Positions 16,977 to 26,395 of a stretch of 64,000 nucleotides of DNA are shown here, in pieces. The position numbers and the translations under genes are program-made. Origin of the DNA: Candidatus Saccharimonadales bacterium (lineage in GTDB: Bacteria > Chloroflexota > Dormibacteria > Aeolococcales > Aeolococcaceae); assembly GCA_035532495.1 (NCBI GenBank), contig DATKQX010000052.1, forward strand, positions 9,143 through 73,142. The letters run 5' to 3'. The notes under the pieces were generated by a model that ran no database searches, was not told the DNA's origin, and saw only the letters and a program-made list of their open reading frames with translations. The stretch's first letter is position 1. Each line of letters starts with the position of its first letter.

Positions 16977-18941
16977 GTGTCAGTTCCGCTCTCGGATCGA
17001 GCGCCCGTGTCGCCGCCTCGCGAGGGCATCCGCGACGGGGGGCGTGGGCACGTGCATGTAATTGTCGGTCGCAAGATCGACAAGCCGGTGGCAGCCGTTA
17101 CGAGTGCCGACTCATTGCTCATCGCGACGCTGTCGCTCTTCAACGAGTCGGATGACATCGACGCCACCCTGCAGCAATGCCTCGGGCTCGTGACCGCGGC
17201 GACGGACGGCGTGGCCGGCGAGATATGGCTGCGGGCGGGAGAGGCGCGCGACGTCGCCCTCCGATACGCGTCCTCAGATGGCTCACCTGTGATGGTGGCG
17301 TTCGAAGCACAGGGCCGCGCCCTCGGTCTCGGACCCGGGCCGGCCATGGTGAGCCAGGTGGTGCGCACCGGCCGCGGAGGATCAGGCGTATCGGTCGCTG
17401 ATGGCTGGGGTGGTCGGGCGGATGCAGCTTCCGCCGCCGACATCCACGGTGCTCTGACGTTCCCGATCCGAGCCAGGACCGGCGTCATCGGCGTCCTCGC
17501 CCTGTTCCGCGAGGCCACCGCGCGTCCACACAGCAGCGTGATCGACACCATCCCGACGATCTGTCACCACATGGGGCGATTCGTCGAGCGCATCCGGGCA
17601 GAGGGAGCGATCCACGAAGCGGCGATGGAGCTTTCGGCGCTCGCATCGACGGATGCCCTCACCGGGCTGAAGAATCGGCGGGAATTCGATCGCGCGCTCC
17701 GGACGATCCCCCGACTGCCGTTCACCATCCTGTCGCTGGACGTCGATCGCCTCAAGGAGATCAATGACACGGACGGCCACTCGGCCGGTGACGCGCTCCT
17801 CCGCGTCGTCGGACACACCTTGGGGCTGCTCGTGCGTGGCTGGGACGTCATGGCGCGTGTCGGCGGCGACGAGTTCGCGGCGCTCCTTCCGGAGGTCGGC
17901 GTTTTCGGCGCAAACCTCGTGGCCGAGCGCATGCGGCTCGCGATGCACTCACTCAAGCTCGCCAGCGGTCCGGTGCGCATCACCGTCGGCTGGAGCGCCG
18001 CCTCGGCGGGCTCCGATCCCGTTTCCGTCTGGCAGCGTGCCGACGAGTCGCTGTATAACGCCAAGCGCGCCGGCGGCGACCGGGTTGCCGGGTCCTCGTA
18101 CGAACGAGGCGAAGCGGGCGACATCGCCGAGCGTTCCTACTCCGACGTGGTCATCCGCATCCTCGACGGGGGTCCGCTCACAACCATGTTCCAGCCGATC
18201 GTCGACCTCTCGGACGGCGCGGTGATGGGATACGAGGCCCTCGCGCGTCCCGAGGGGTTCGCGGCCATGGACTCGGTGGAAGCGGTGTTTGAAGCGGCAC
18301 GCATCGGTGGACAGATCCGCGATCTCGACTGGGTGTGCCGCAAGCTCGCCGTCGAGGAGGCGAGGAGCCTTCCCGCGAACGTGCCGCTCTTCCTGAACAT
18401 CAGCGCGGCGGCGTTGCTGGACCCTGTCCACGGGGTCGACCAGCTGTTGCTGCTGCTCAAAGCGGTCGATCGCGATCCGAGCACCGTCGTGCTCGAGATC
18501 ACCGAGCACGAACGGATTCGCGACTACGAGGCGCTCGCGCGCGTCCTTGCCTCCTACCGCTCCGAGGGCATCCGCTTCGCGCTCGACGACGTCGGCGAAG
18601 GCCACTCGACGCTCGAGCTGCTCGCAGCATCGTCGAGCGAGTATCTGAAGCTGGGGCGAAGCCTCACGATGACGTCAACTCGCATCGGCTCCCGAGCCGC
18701 CATGGACGCGACGATGGCATTCGCGCGCGTCAGCGGTGCGGTGGTTATTGCCGAGGGTGTCGAGAACGAGTTCGTCGCCGACCGGATGAAGGCCAGTGGC
18801 ATACGCCTCGGACAGGGCTTCGGGTTGGGCAGGCCGACGATCGCGAGCGACGTCGAGGATGTTGCGACAGCCCTGAGCGACCGCGCCGCTCTCAGCGCGC
18901 TGCGACCGAGAACAGCCGCCTCTCGTCAGCTGGCGGGCTGA
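16977..18941 (+). CDS. c-di-GMP turnover protein, GAF-GGDEF-EAL
   Basis: GGDEF motif RVGGDEF with an RGWD I-site. EAL motifs GYEALARP, EITEHE, DDVGEGHST, AEGVENE, QGFGLGRP. Start uncertain (GTG 16977). Confidence 0.8.
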   Translation: MSVPLSDRAPVSPPREGIRDGGRGHVHVIVGRKIDKPVAAVTSADSLLIATLSLFNESDDIDATLQQCLGLVTAATDGVAGEIWLRAGEARDVALRYASSDGSPVMVAFEAQGRALGLGPGPAMVSQVVRTGRGGSGVSVADGWGGRADAASAADIHGALTFPIRARTGVIGVLALFREATARPHSSVIDTIPTICHHMGRFVERIRAEGAIHEAAMELSALASTDALTGLKNRREFDRALRTIPRLPFTILSLDVDRLKEINDTDGHSAGDALLRVVGHTLGLLVRGWDVMARVGGDEFAALLPEVGVFGANLVAERMRLAMHSLKLASGPVRITVGWSAASAGSDPVSVWQRADESLYNAKRAGGDRVAGSSYERGEAGDIAERSYSDVVIRILDGGPLTTMFQPIVDLSDGAVMGYEALARPEGFAAMDSVEAVFEAARIGGQIRDLDWVCRKLAVEEARSLPANVPLFLNISAAALLDPVHGVDQLLLLLKAVDRDPSTVVLEITEHERIRDYEALARVLASYRSEGIRFALDDVGEGHSTLELLAASSSEYLKLGRSLTMTSTRIGSRAAMDATMAFARVSGAVVIAEGVENEFVADRMKASGIRLGQGFGLGRPTIASDVEDVATALSDRAALSALRPRTAASRQLAG

Positions 18942-19186
18942 ACCGGCCCCAGTTCCTTGAGGAGCGCTGCGCTGGCGCGCACGAATTCGGCGTCGACTCC
19001 ATCGATCAGCCGTGCGTCCTCGGCGGCGTCAGCCGCATTGGCACGCGCGTGCAACTCACCACAGCGAGCCGCAAGTGCAAACAGTTTCGAGTGATGTCGC
19101 AGCACCCGGATCGCACAGTCCCTGGGAAGGCAGAGAAACCCCTGACGTGGGCCAACACCGCGGGCTACATCGCACATCTCCGCTCT

Positions 19187-19924
19187 CTAACCGGCGGTGA
19201 TCAGCACGACCGCCGCGAATGCGATGCCGACGGCGGCGACCTGCGGAACGCGGAGGCGTTCTCCGAGGACGATCATCGAGCACAAGACTGTCGACACCGG
19301 GTACAGGGACACCAACACCGCCACGATGCTCAGCAGCCCGCCGTGGACGGACAGCAGGTACAGGGCGTTGGCGGTGACATCGAAGACACCGGCACCGATG
19401 ATCACCAACGGGTTGGTGCGGCCGAAGGTCGGCACGCGTCGCGCGCCGGCTGACGCGGCCACCAGGACGAGCACTGACGCGGCTCGTGCGGTGACCAGCG
19501 GCCAGAGGTTCGCGTCCGTCGACGTCCGTGCCAACGCGACGTAGAACAGCCCGAACCCGATTCCCGCGCCGACCGCCAGCACCAGCGTCGTTCGACCGAT
19601 GCGCCCACCCCTGCTCCCGCCAGCGCTGAGGAGTGCTACAGCGATCACCGCAAGCAGGATCCCTGCATACTGCAGCGCCGCCGGCCGCTCACCCCCACCG
19701 ACCCCGACGACGACCGGGACGACGACCGCAACGACCCCGGTGACCGGCGCGACAAGCGACATCGACCCCGACGCAAGTCCGCGGTACAGCATGGCGACGC
19801 CGGCAGCTCCGGCGAGTCCGCCCAATGCGCCGTACCCGAGGTCCGCTTCGCTCGGCGCCCCGCCGATGATGACGGCAACGACCAGCATGCCGATGAGACC
19901 GATACCCTGCGAGAGCACCAGCAC
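19187..19924 (-). CDS. EamA/DMT-family transporter (canonical-start model; see finding on N-terminal extension)
   Basis: Nine TM segments from GTG 19924 in two EamA-like halves. A tenth, N-terminal TM is encoded in frame upstream with no ATG/GTG/TTG. Confidence 0.75.
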   Translation of the reverse strand: MLVLSQGIGLIGMLVVAVIIGGAPSEADLGYGALGGLAGAAGVAMLYRGLASGSMSLVAPVTGVVAVVVPVVVGVGGGERPAALQYAGILLAVIAVALLSAGGSRGGRIGRTTLVLAVGAGIGFGLFYVALARTSTDANLWPLVTARAASVLVLVAASAGARRVPTFGRTNPLVIIGAGVFDVTANALYLLSVHGGLLSIVAVLVSLYPVSTVLCSMIVLGERLRVPQVAAVGIAFAAVVLITAG

Positions 19925-20013
19925 CGACAGCAGTGGCGTGGTCCGATTGGCGAGCCCGCCGAGAAAATCGCCACTCCCCCAGAGCGCGGCCGCCGCGAGC
20001 GCCAGCCCGATGC

Positions 20014-21648
20014 TCAGGCCGTTCTCACCGCAGCCGCCGTCCGCAAACCGAGCTCCTCGACGGCGACCTCGCGCATCAGATACTTCTGCACCTTGCCGGT
20101 GACGGTCATCGGAAACCCATCGACGATCTTCCAGTAGCGAGGGATCTTGTTGCTCGCGATCCGGTTGCGGCAGAAGGCTTCGAGCATCTCACCCGTGAGC
20201 GCCGCACCCTCTTTCGGTTTGACCCAGGCCATGACCTCCTCACCGTACCGCTCGGATGGCACGCCGATCACCTGCACGTCACTGACGTCGGGATGACCGT
20301 AGAGGTACTCCTCGATCTCGCGAGGATAGATGTTGTCGCCGCCCCGGATGATCATGTCCTTGATCCGGCCGACGATATTCACGTAGCCCGCATCGTCCAT
20401 GGTTGCAAGATCCCCGGTGTGCATCCACCGCGCGCCGTCGATTGCCTCGGCCGTCGCGTGGGGATTGTCCCAGTACCCCAGCATGACGCTGTACCCGCGG
20501 GTGCACAGTTCCCCCGCAGCACCGCGAGGGACACAGTGGTTCGTGCCTGGATCGACGATCTTCACCTCGACGTGCGGATGCACGCGGCCGACGGTGCCGA
20601 CGCGTTTCTCGAGTGGATCGTCGAGCGCGCTCTGGGTCGACACGGGCGACGTCTCGGTCATCCCGTAGCAGATGGTCACCTCGCGCATGTTCATGCGCGA
20701 TTGCACCTTCTTCATCACTTCCACGGGACACGGCGAGCCCGCCATGATCCCCGTGCGGAGCAGGCTGAAATCGAAGCTCGCAAAGTCAGGGTGATCGAGC
20801 TCAGCGATGAACATGGTCGGCACGCCGTACAGCGAGGTGCAGCGTTCCTGCTCAGTGACACGGAGCACAATACCGGGCTCGAACGCCTCAGCCGGGACGA
20901 CGATGCAGGCGCCGTGCGTGGTGCATGCGAGGTTGCCGAGCACCATGCCGAAGCAGTGATAGAACGGCACGGGAATGCAGACACGGTCCGCGGCGGTGTA
21001 GTGCACCGCCTCGCCAATGAAGAAGCCGTTGTTGAGGATGTTGTGGTGCGACAGCGTCGCGCCCTTCGGAAATCCCGTGGTGCCGGAGGTGTACTGAATG
21101 TTGATCGGGTCGTCACACTGCAGGCCCGCCTCTGCGGCGGCGAGTGCGTCCTCCGACACGGCCTCGGCGTCACGAAGCAGCGATTCCCATCCGTCCTCGA
21201 GGACAAGCCCCTCCCGGAGATCCGGACAGGCGCCCTTCACCGCGCCGAGCATTCCCACATAGTCGGACTGTCGGAAGGAGCGCGCGAGCAGCAGGAATGA
21301 CACGCCGGATTGTCGCAACGCGTACTCGAGCTCGGTCGTGCGGTAGGCGGGGTTGATGTTGACGAGGATCGCGCCGATACGGGCCGTCGCGAACTGGACG
21401 ACCACCCACTCGAACCGGTTCGGCGCCCAAATACCGACCCGGTCGCCCTTGGTGACGCCGTGCGCGAGCAGCCCGCGCGCGACGAGTGACACCTGCTCCC
21501 AGAGCTGGCGGTAGGTCGCTCGAAACCGCTGATGCGGCACGACGAGAGCCTCGGCATCCCCGTGATCCTCGACGGTGCGACGCAGGTTCTCGCCGATCGT
21601 CTCGCCGAGCAATGGCAGGGCGCTGGCTCCCGACGCGTAGGAAAGCAT
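20014..21648 (-). CDS. AMP-dependent acyl-CoA synthetase/ligase
   Basis: ATG 21648 is preceded by GGAGGG. AMP-binding motif [12 protein letters not shown], later TGDLA and [16 protein letters not shown]. Confidence 0.9.
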   Translation of the reverse strand: MLSYASGASALPLLGETIGENLRRTVEDHGDAEALVVPHQRFRATYRQLWEQVSLVARGLLAHGVTKGDRVGIWAPNRFEWVVVQFATARIGAILVNINPAYRTTELEYALRQSGVSFLLLARSFRQSDYVGMLGAVKGACPDLREGLVLEDGWESLLRDAEAVSEDALAAAEAGLQCDDPINIQYTSGTTGFPKGATLSHHNILNNGFFIGEAVHYTAADRVCIPVPFYHCFGMVLGNLACTTHGACIVVPAEAFEPGIVLRVTEQERCTSLYGVPTMFIAELDHPDFASFDFSLLRTGIMAGSPCPVEVMKKVQSRMNMREVTICYGMTETSPVSTQSALDDPLEKRVGTVGRVHPHVEVKIVDPGTNHCVPRGAAGELCTRGYSVMLGYWDNPHATAEAIDGARWMHTGDLATMDDAGYVNIVGRIKDMIIRGGDNIYPREIEEYLYGHPDVSDVQVIGVPSERYGEEVMAWVKPKEGAALTGEMLEAFCRNRIASNKIPRYWKIVDGFPMTVTGKVQKYLMREVAVEELGLRTAAAVRTA

Positions 21649-21822
21649 GCCGGTGTCCCTCCGGTTCAGGCGCCGTTCAGCAGGCGTTCGCGCCGCACGC
21701 GACAACGATACGCCCGGCGTCAGATGCTGTCGCAGATCACCCCGGCGGTTCGTCCAATCGCGCCTGTGAGCGCGCTCTCGTCCGATCCACCGAACCCGAG
21801 GACAAGCCGGGACCGAGCCTGC

Positions 21823-22566
21823 TCACGGTGAGCCGACGGCGGCCGCCGCGAACGCCGCCATCGACGAGAAGGTCCAATCCGGGCGAACCTCCCGCTCCGG
21901 AGGCGGCGTTGCGCCCCACCCTGGACGGCCGTCGCGCCGGTTGATCCACACCGTCGGCAGGCCGGCCCGGTGCGCCGGAATGTGGTCGTGGAAGAGACTC
22001 TGCGCAACGTGCAGCAACCGTCCAGGCTCGACACCCAGCTCGCCGGCCGTATCGAGCAGGACTTCGAAGTTGCGCGCCGCCGGCTTGTATGCGCCCGCAT
22101 CTTCCGCGGTGACGATCGCGTCGAAGCGGACGTTCAATCTCGCGTTGCTGCCTGCGAAGGACGCCCGATCGACGTTCGAAAGAATGATCAGCCTGTAGCG
22201 CGTCGCGAGCAGGGCGAGCGCCGCTGACGAGTCCGGAAACGCCGGCCATTCCGGAACCGAGCGTGCAAATCGTTCGCAATCGCGATCGGTTGCCGCTGCC
22301 CCGACGGCCGCGGCGACGTTTCGCATTGCTGCCGCAAGGATTTCGGGATACAGCGACAACGGCGACTCCTGCTCCTCACGTGCCTCCGCGACCGCGTAGC
22401 GCTCGAGCAACGCGTCCCTGCTGAGTGGGATCCCGTTGCGCGCAGCCCAGGGAGCGAGCGCAGCGCCGATGCCGGCTTCCCAGTCGATCAGCGTGCCGTA
22501 GCAGTCGAAGCTCAGGGCCTCGAAATCAGCGAGGGTTCTCACACTGCTGCCTGCCTGAGATCGCAC
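21823..22566 (-). CDS. haloacid dehalogenase type II / HAD-superfamily hydrolase
   Basis: HAD motif I FDCYGTLIDW, later ILSNVD and AGAYKP. Start is GTG 22566 or GTG 22542. Confidence 0.75.
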   Translation of the reverse strand: MRSQAGSSVRTLADFEALSFDCYGTLIDWEAGIGAALAPWAARNGIPLSRDALLERYAVAEAREEQESPLSLYPEILAAAMRNVAAAVGAAATDRDCERFARSVPEWPAFPDSSAALALLATRYRLIILSNVDRASFAGSNARLNVRFDAIVTAEDAGAYKPAARNFEVLLDTAGELGVEPGRLLHVAQSLFHDHIPAHRAGLPTVWINRRDGRPGWGATPPPEREVRPDWTFSSMAAFAAAAVGSP

Positions 22567-22647
22567 TGGACCGCGTGCACTCGCCGACGGTACCGAAATC
22601 GGGCTCTCGATGCGAGAGCCCCCCGAACCGCCGCGCGGGGAATAGGC

Positions 22648-23634
22648 TTGGCCACCGTGGAGCGATATGCCGACGGGCCCGCGTACCTCGGGCCGACGAC
22701 GTTCTGCCGCGTCCCGCAGCTGACGACAACCGATCAGCTCGACGAGGTCCGTCCGGACATTGCTGTCGTCGGCGCCCCCTGGGACGACGGGGTGACGTAC
22801 CGGCCGGGTGCTCGATTCGGACCCCGGAGCGTCCGCACCGCGTCATATCAGTCCGCTGAGTGGCATCTCGAGCTCGAGGTGGCGCCGCTCGACATCCTCC
22901 GCGTCGTCGACTACGGCGACGCGATGTGCATGCCCGGCATGGCAGAGATCTCGCACACGGCGATCCGCGAACGAGTCGGCGAGGTGGCGCAACGAGGCAT
23001 CGTCCCGATGGTGATCGGCGGAGATCACTCCATCACGTGGCCGTCAGCCACCGCGGTCGCCGCGGCATACCCGCCGGGAAGCCTCGGCATCGTGCACTTC
23101 GATGCGCACGCGGACACGGGGGACCATCAGTTCGGGAATCTGTACTCGCACGGTTCGCCGATGCGGCGTCTGATCGAATCGGGGGTCGTGCCGGGACGCA
23201 ATTTCGTACAGGTCGGCCTTCGCGGGTACTGGCCGCCCAAGGACGTCTTCGATTGGATGCGCGAGCAGGGCATGCGCTGGCATCTCATGGGCGAGCTCCG
23301 TGATCGCGGCGTCGCCCCCGTCATCGAGGACGCGATCGCTGAGGCGCTCGACGGGCCAACCCACATCTACGTCTCCGTTGACATCGATGTCCTCGATCCG
23401 GGTTTCGCCCCCGGGACTGGCACGCCCGAGCCCGGCGGCATGCAACCGGTCGACCTCCTTCGCGCCATCCGTCAGATCGTGCTGCGCACCGACGTCGTGG
23501 CCATGGACGTGGTCGAGGTCTCCCCGCCCTACGACTGGGCCGAGATCACCGCACAGAACGCGCATCGATGCCTGCTCGAGGCGATCTCGGCGCTCGCGGT
23601 CAGGCGCCGGGACGGGACGGCTGCGAGGGATTGA
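22648..23634 (+). CDS. agmatinase/ureohydrolase-family protein
   Basis: Mn-binding motifs GGDHSITWP, HFDAHADT and SVDIDVLDPGFAPGTGTPEPGG. TTG 22648 or GTG 22657. Confidence 0.85.
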   Translation: MATVERYADGPAYLGPTTFCRVPQLTTTDQLDEVRPDIAVVGAPWDDGVTYRPGARFGPRSVRTASYQSAEWHLELEVAPLDILRVVDYGDAMCMPGMAEISHTAIRERVGEVAQRGIVPMVIGGDHSITWPSATAVAAAYPPGSLGIVHFDAHADTGDHQFGNLYSHGSPMRRLIESGVVPGRNFVQVGLRGYWPPKDVFDWMREQGMRWHLMGELRDRGVAPVIEDAIAEALDGPTHIYVSVDIDVLDPGFAPGTGTPEPGGMQPVDLLRAIRQIVLRTDVVAMDVVEVSPPYDWAEITAQNAHRCLLEAISALAVRRRDGTAARD

Positions 23635-23638
23635 CGAC

Positions 23639-24838
23639 CTAGTCCGGCACCGCGTGAGCGATCGACCGGACCGCGGCACGTCCGGGGAGCGCGATGGCGA
23701 GCGGCAGCCCCAGGACACCGATGGTCGCGAGCGTTGCCAGTGCCAGGTACGCGTTTCCCATCACCGCCTGAATCACCAGGACGAGCACGACCCCGCCGAG
23801 GTTGCCCGACATGAGCAGGAAACCGGCGGCCGCCCCTTCGCGAGCCGATCCGGCATGCACGGCGGACCAGTCGAGCACAACCGGAAGGCACGCCATCAGC
23901 AGGAACCCGGTGGCGAACAGCCATATGGTGAGCCAGACGACATCGTGACGCAGGTCCGTTGCCGCGAATGCGACTGCGGTGAAGACGAGCGCGATGATCA
24001 GCATCGGACGGCGCTGATCGCGTGAGGCCACCAGCGGCGGCAGCACCGCGGCGCCGAGGATGCCGCCCGTCGTGAGCACGGCGATGAGGTTGCCCGCGGC
24101 CCCGCCCTCACCGAACTTCGCGAGCACGGGCTGCAACCACGTCGCCACCGCGTTGTACACGCCCATGCCGATGAAAATGAGGCCGGCGAGCAGCCACATG
24201 AAGCGATCTCTGACAAGCCAGCGCAGGCTCACCGACGTCGACGCGTCGTCCGTGTAGGCGGCCGGAACGCGCAGCAGCAACAGCATGAGGACGGTGGCGA
24301 TCACTGATGGGATCGCCTCGATGGTCAGCACCAGTCCAAGACCGCCCGCGCTGAACAGCGGTCCCGCGATGAGCACTGACGCGAGGATGCCGGCAAACAA
24401 CGCAACGCTGCCCACCGCGATCGCGGTCGCGCGCTGGGAGCGCGGGAAGTAACGGGCGGCAACTTTCGTGATGCTGTTGAGCACGAACGGCTGACCAGCC
24501 GCGATGACGAACTGCCCGACCAACTGCACCGAGAACGATGCCGGGGCGATGAGACGCAGCAATGCCCCGCCACCGGTGAGCACCGCGCCGATCCCGAGTG
24601 ACTGGGTGAAGTGCGAGTCCAGGCGGCGGCCCACCGGGAGCGCGAGCACGACGTAGACCAACGGGAAGATCGCCGCGAGGTCGCCGACGGTGCCGACGTC
24701 GGTGTGCAGCACCTTCGCGGTCTCGGTGTCGATCGCGGCAAAGCTCAACCAGAGGAGTTGCGTGCACGCGGCGAGCAGCGCGTAGATCGCGAGGATCGCC
24801 CAGCGAACCGCCGGCGCACGCGCGGTGTCGGTGCTCAC
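23639..24838 (-). CDS. MFS transporter
   Basis: GTG 24838 overlaps the FGGY stop (GTGA). About 12 hydrophobic segments. Confidence 0.8.
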   Translation of the reverse strand: MSTDTARAPAVRWAILAIYALLAACTQLLWLSFAAIDTETAKVLHTDVGTVGDLAAIFPLVYVVLALPVGRRLDSHFTQSLGIGAVLTGGGALLRLIAPASFSVQLVGQFVIAAGQPFVLNSITKVAARYFPRSQRATAIAVGSVALFAGILASVLIAGPLFSAGGLGLVLTIEAIPSVIATVLMLLLLRVPAAYTDDASTSVSLRWLVRDRFMWLLAGLIFIGMGVYNAVATWLQPVLAKFGEGGAAGNLIAVLTTGGILGAAVLPPLVASRDQRRPMLIIALVFTAVAFAATDLRHDVVWLTIWLFATGFLLMACLPVVLDWSAVHAGSAREGAAAGFLLMSGNLGGVVLVLVIQAVMGNAYLALATLATIGVLGLPLAIALPGRAAVRSIAHAVPD

Positions 24839-26391
24839 GCGTTCAACTTCGCGTACATCCCGTGGAGCCGATGGTACAGGCGCCGATACTCGCCATACAT
24901 CCGCTCGTACACCGCCCGTGCGGGCGGATCCGGATCGAAGGTCCGAGTGACTCGCACCCGCGCCGCAATGTCCGCAAAGTCCATCCGGCCAAGCGATATT
25001 GCCGCGAAGAATGCCGCGCCGCGTAGGTTCGCGTACATCGGATCGGCGACCTGCTCGATGCGCCGGTTGAGGATGTCGGCGTGGATCTGGCACCACAGGT
25101 CGGAGATCGCGCCACCCCCGAGGATTCGCAGCACCGGCATGGGGCGCTTCGTGAACCGCTCGACGGCGTCGAGCAGCCAGCGGGCGTTGAACGCGACCCC
25201 TTCCAGGACGGCGCGGACGAGATGGCGGCGCTCGGTGGTCATCGAGATGTTGAGGAAGGCCGCGCGCAGGTTCCTGTCCTCAACGGGGCTGCGCTCGCCG
25301 TTGAGCCAGGGTGTGAACAGCACGCCGCCGGACCCGGCTGGCGCTGTCGCGGCAAGCGTGGTGAGCCGGGCGTACTCGGATGCTGGAGCCGCGCCGTCGC
25401 CGCCCGCGCCGACCGCATCACGCAGCCACTGCAGGCAGAGTCCCGCAGTCTCGTGGTTGTTGGCGACGAGATATCCGCCGGGACGGACCCCGGGGACCGA
25501 TGCGATCTGATGGAACACGTCGGTGCGCTTGAACGGGACCTCGCAGCCGATCCACGACGTCGTGCTGATCGTCATGTGCCCGGCATATGGCGCCACTGCC
25601 CCCGATCCGAGGTAGGCGGTGTGCAGGTCCGGGATCCCGGCGACCACCGGAACCCCGCTTGGCAGGCCAAGCTCCGTCGCAACGGCCGGCGTGATCTCGC
25701 CGAGGATGCTGCCCGTCGGCAGGAGCTCGGGGAGCTTGGCCGCCTCGCGGCCGGAACGGCGCACGAGTGCCGGCCGGTAGCCGTGACTGCCGCTGCGACG
25801 GTTGTCGGTGAGCCACGACAGGATCATCGACGCCGGGGTTGCGGCGCGGCGGCCGGTGAACCGCATTCCGAGGTAGTCCAGCGGCTCCAGGAGGGTCGCA
25901 GTGCGTCCGTACAGCTCGGGTTCGCGCTCGCGCAGATGCAGGGCGTGACCGAGCGGGTCGGCCCCGTGCGGTGACGGTGCCCCTCCCGTGAGGCGCAGCC
26001 AGCTCACCAGGTTGCCCGGCGAGTACCCGACGATGCTGACCGCGCCGCCCATGCGCTTCGAGGAGAGCGGGGCGCCGCGCGTATCGGCCCAGAGGAGGCA
26101 CGGTCCGACCGCGTCCCCACTCGCATCGACAGGCACCGTCGAGCCCCACTGGCCGGTGATCCCGACGCCGACCACTCCGTCTCGCGGCACCCCGCTCGCG
26201 AGGACATCCGTGACGCCTTCGCGAATTCCGTGCCACCAGGCGCTCGCGTCCTGGACCGCGCCGCCGTCATCGCTGTACGCCGTCTCGACGCGGCGGTGCG
26301 CGACCGCCAGGAGCTCCCCCTCGAGTGATATCGCGCCCGTCTTCGGTCCCCCGGTCCCAAGGTCGACCGCGAGGATCCAGGGCCCGGTCAT
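24835..26391 (-). CDS. FGGY-family carbohydrate kinase
   Basis: ATG 26391 (MTGPWILAVDLGTGGPK) lies 4 nt after the upstream stop. FGGY N- and C-domain signatures are present (GITGQWGS, LRILGGGA). Confidence 0.85.
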   Translation of the reverse strand: MTGPWILAVDLGTGGPKTGAISLEGELLAVAHRRVETAYSDDGGAVQDASAWWHGIREGVTDVLASGVPRDGVVGVGITGQWGSTVPVDASGDAVGPCLLWADTRGAPLSSKRMGGAVSIVGYSPGNLVSWLRLTGGAPSPHGADPLGHALHLREREPELYGRTATLLEPLDYLGMRFTGRRAATPASMILSWLTDNRRSGSHGYRPALVRRSGREAAKLPELLPTGSILGEITPAVATELGLPSGVPVVAGIPDLHTAYLGSGAVAPYAGHMTISTTSWIGCEVPFKRTDVFHQIASVPGVRPGGYLVANNHETAGLCLQWLRDAVGAGGDGAAPASEYARLTTLAATAPAGSGGVLFTPWLNGERSPVEDRNLRAAFLNISMTTERRHLVRAVLEGVAFNARWLLDAVERFTKRPMPVLRILGGGAISDLWCQIHADILNRRIEQVADPMYANLRGAAFFAAISLGRMDFADIAARVRVTRTFDPDPPARAVYERMYGEYRRLYHRLHGMYAKLNA

Positions 26392-26395
26392 CGCC

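Noticed and set aside
18926-19177. 83-aa minus-strand ORF in the 245-bp gap after the EamA gene
   Set aside because: There is no recognisable family, GC3 is low in its first half, its 3' end overlaps the GGDEF-EAL gene, and it has no SD. Left uncalled.
22567-22647. Guanidine or other riboswitch upstream of the ureohydrolase gene
   Set aside because: The spacer is only 81 bp. Its single hairpin has an ATG triloop rather than the ACGR loops of mini-ykkC, and I saw no ykkC-like conserved segments.
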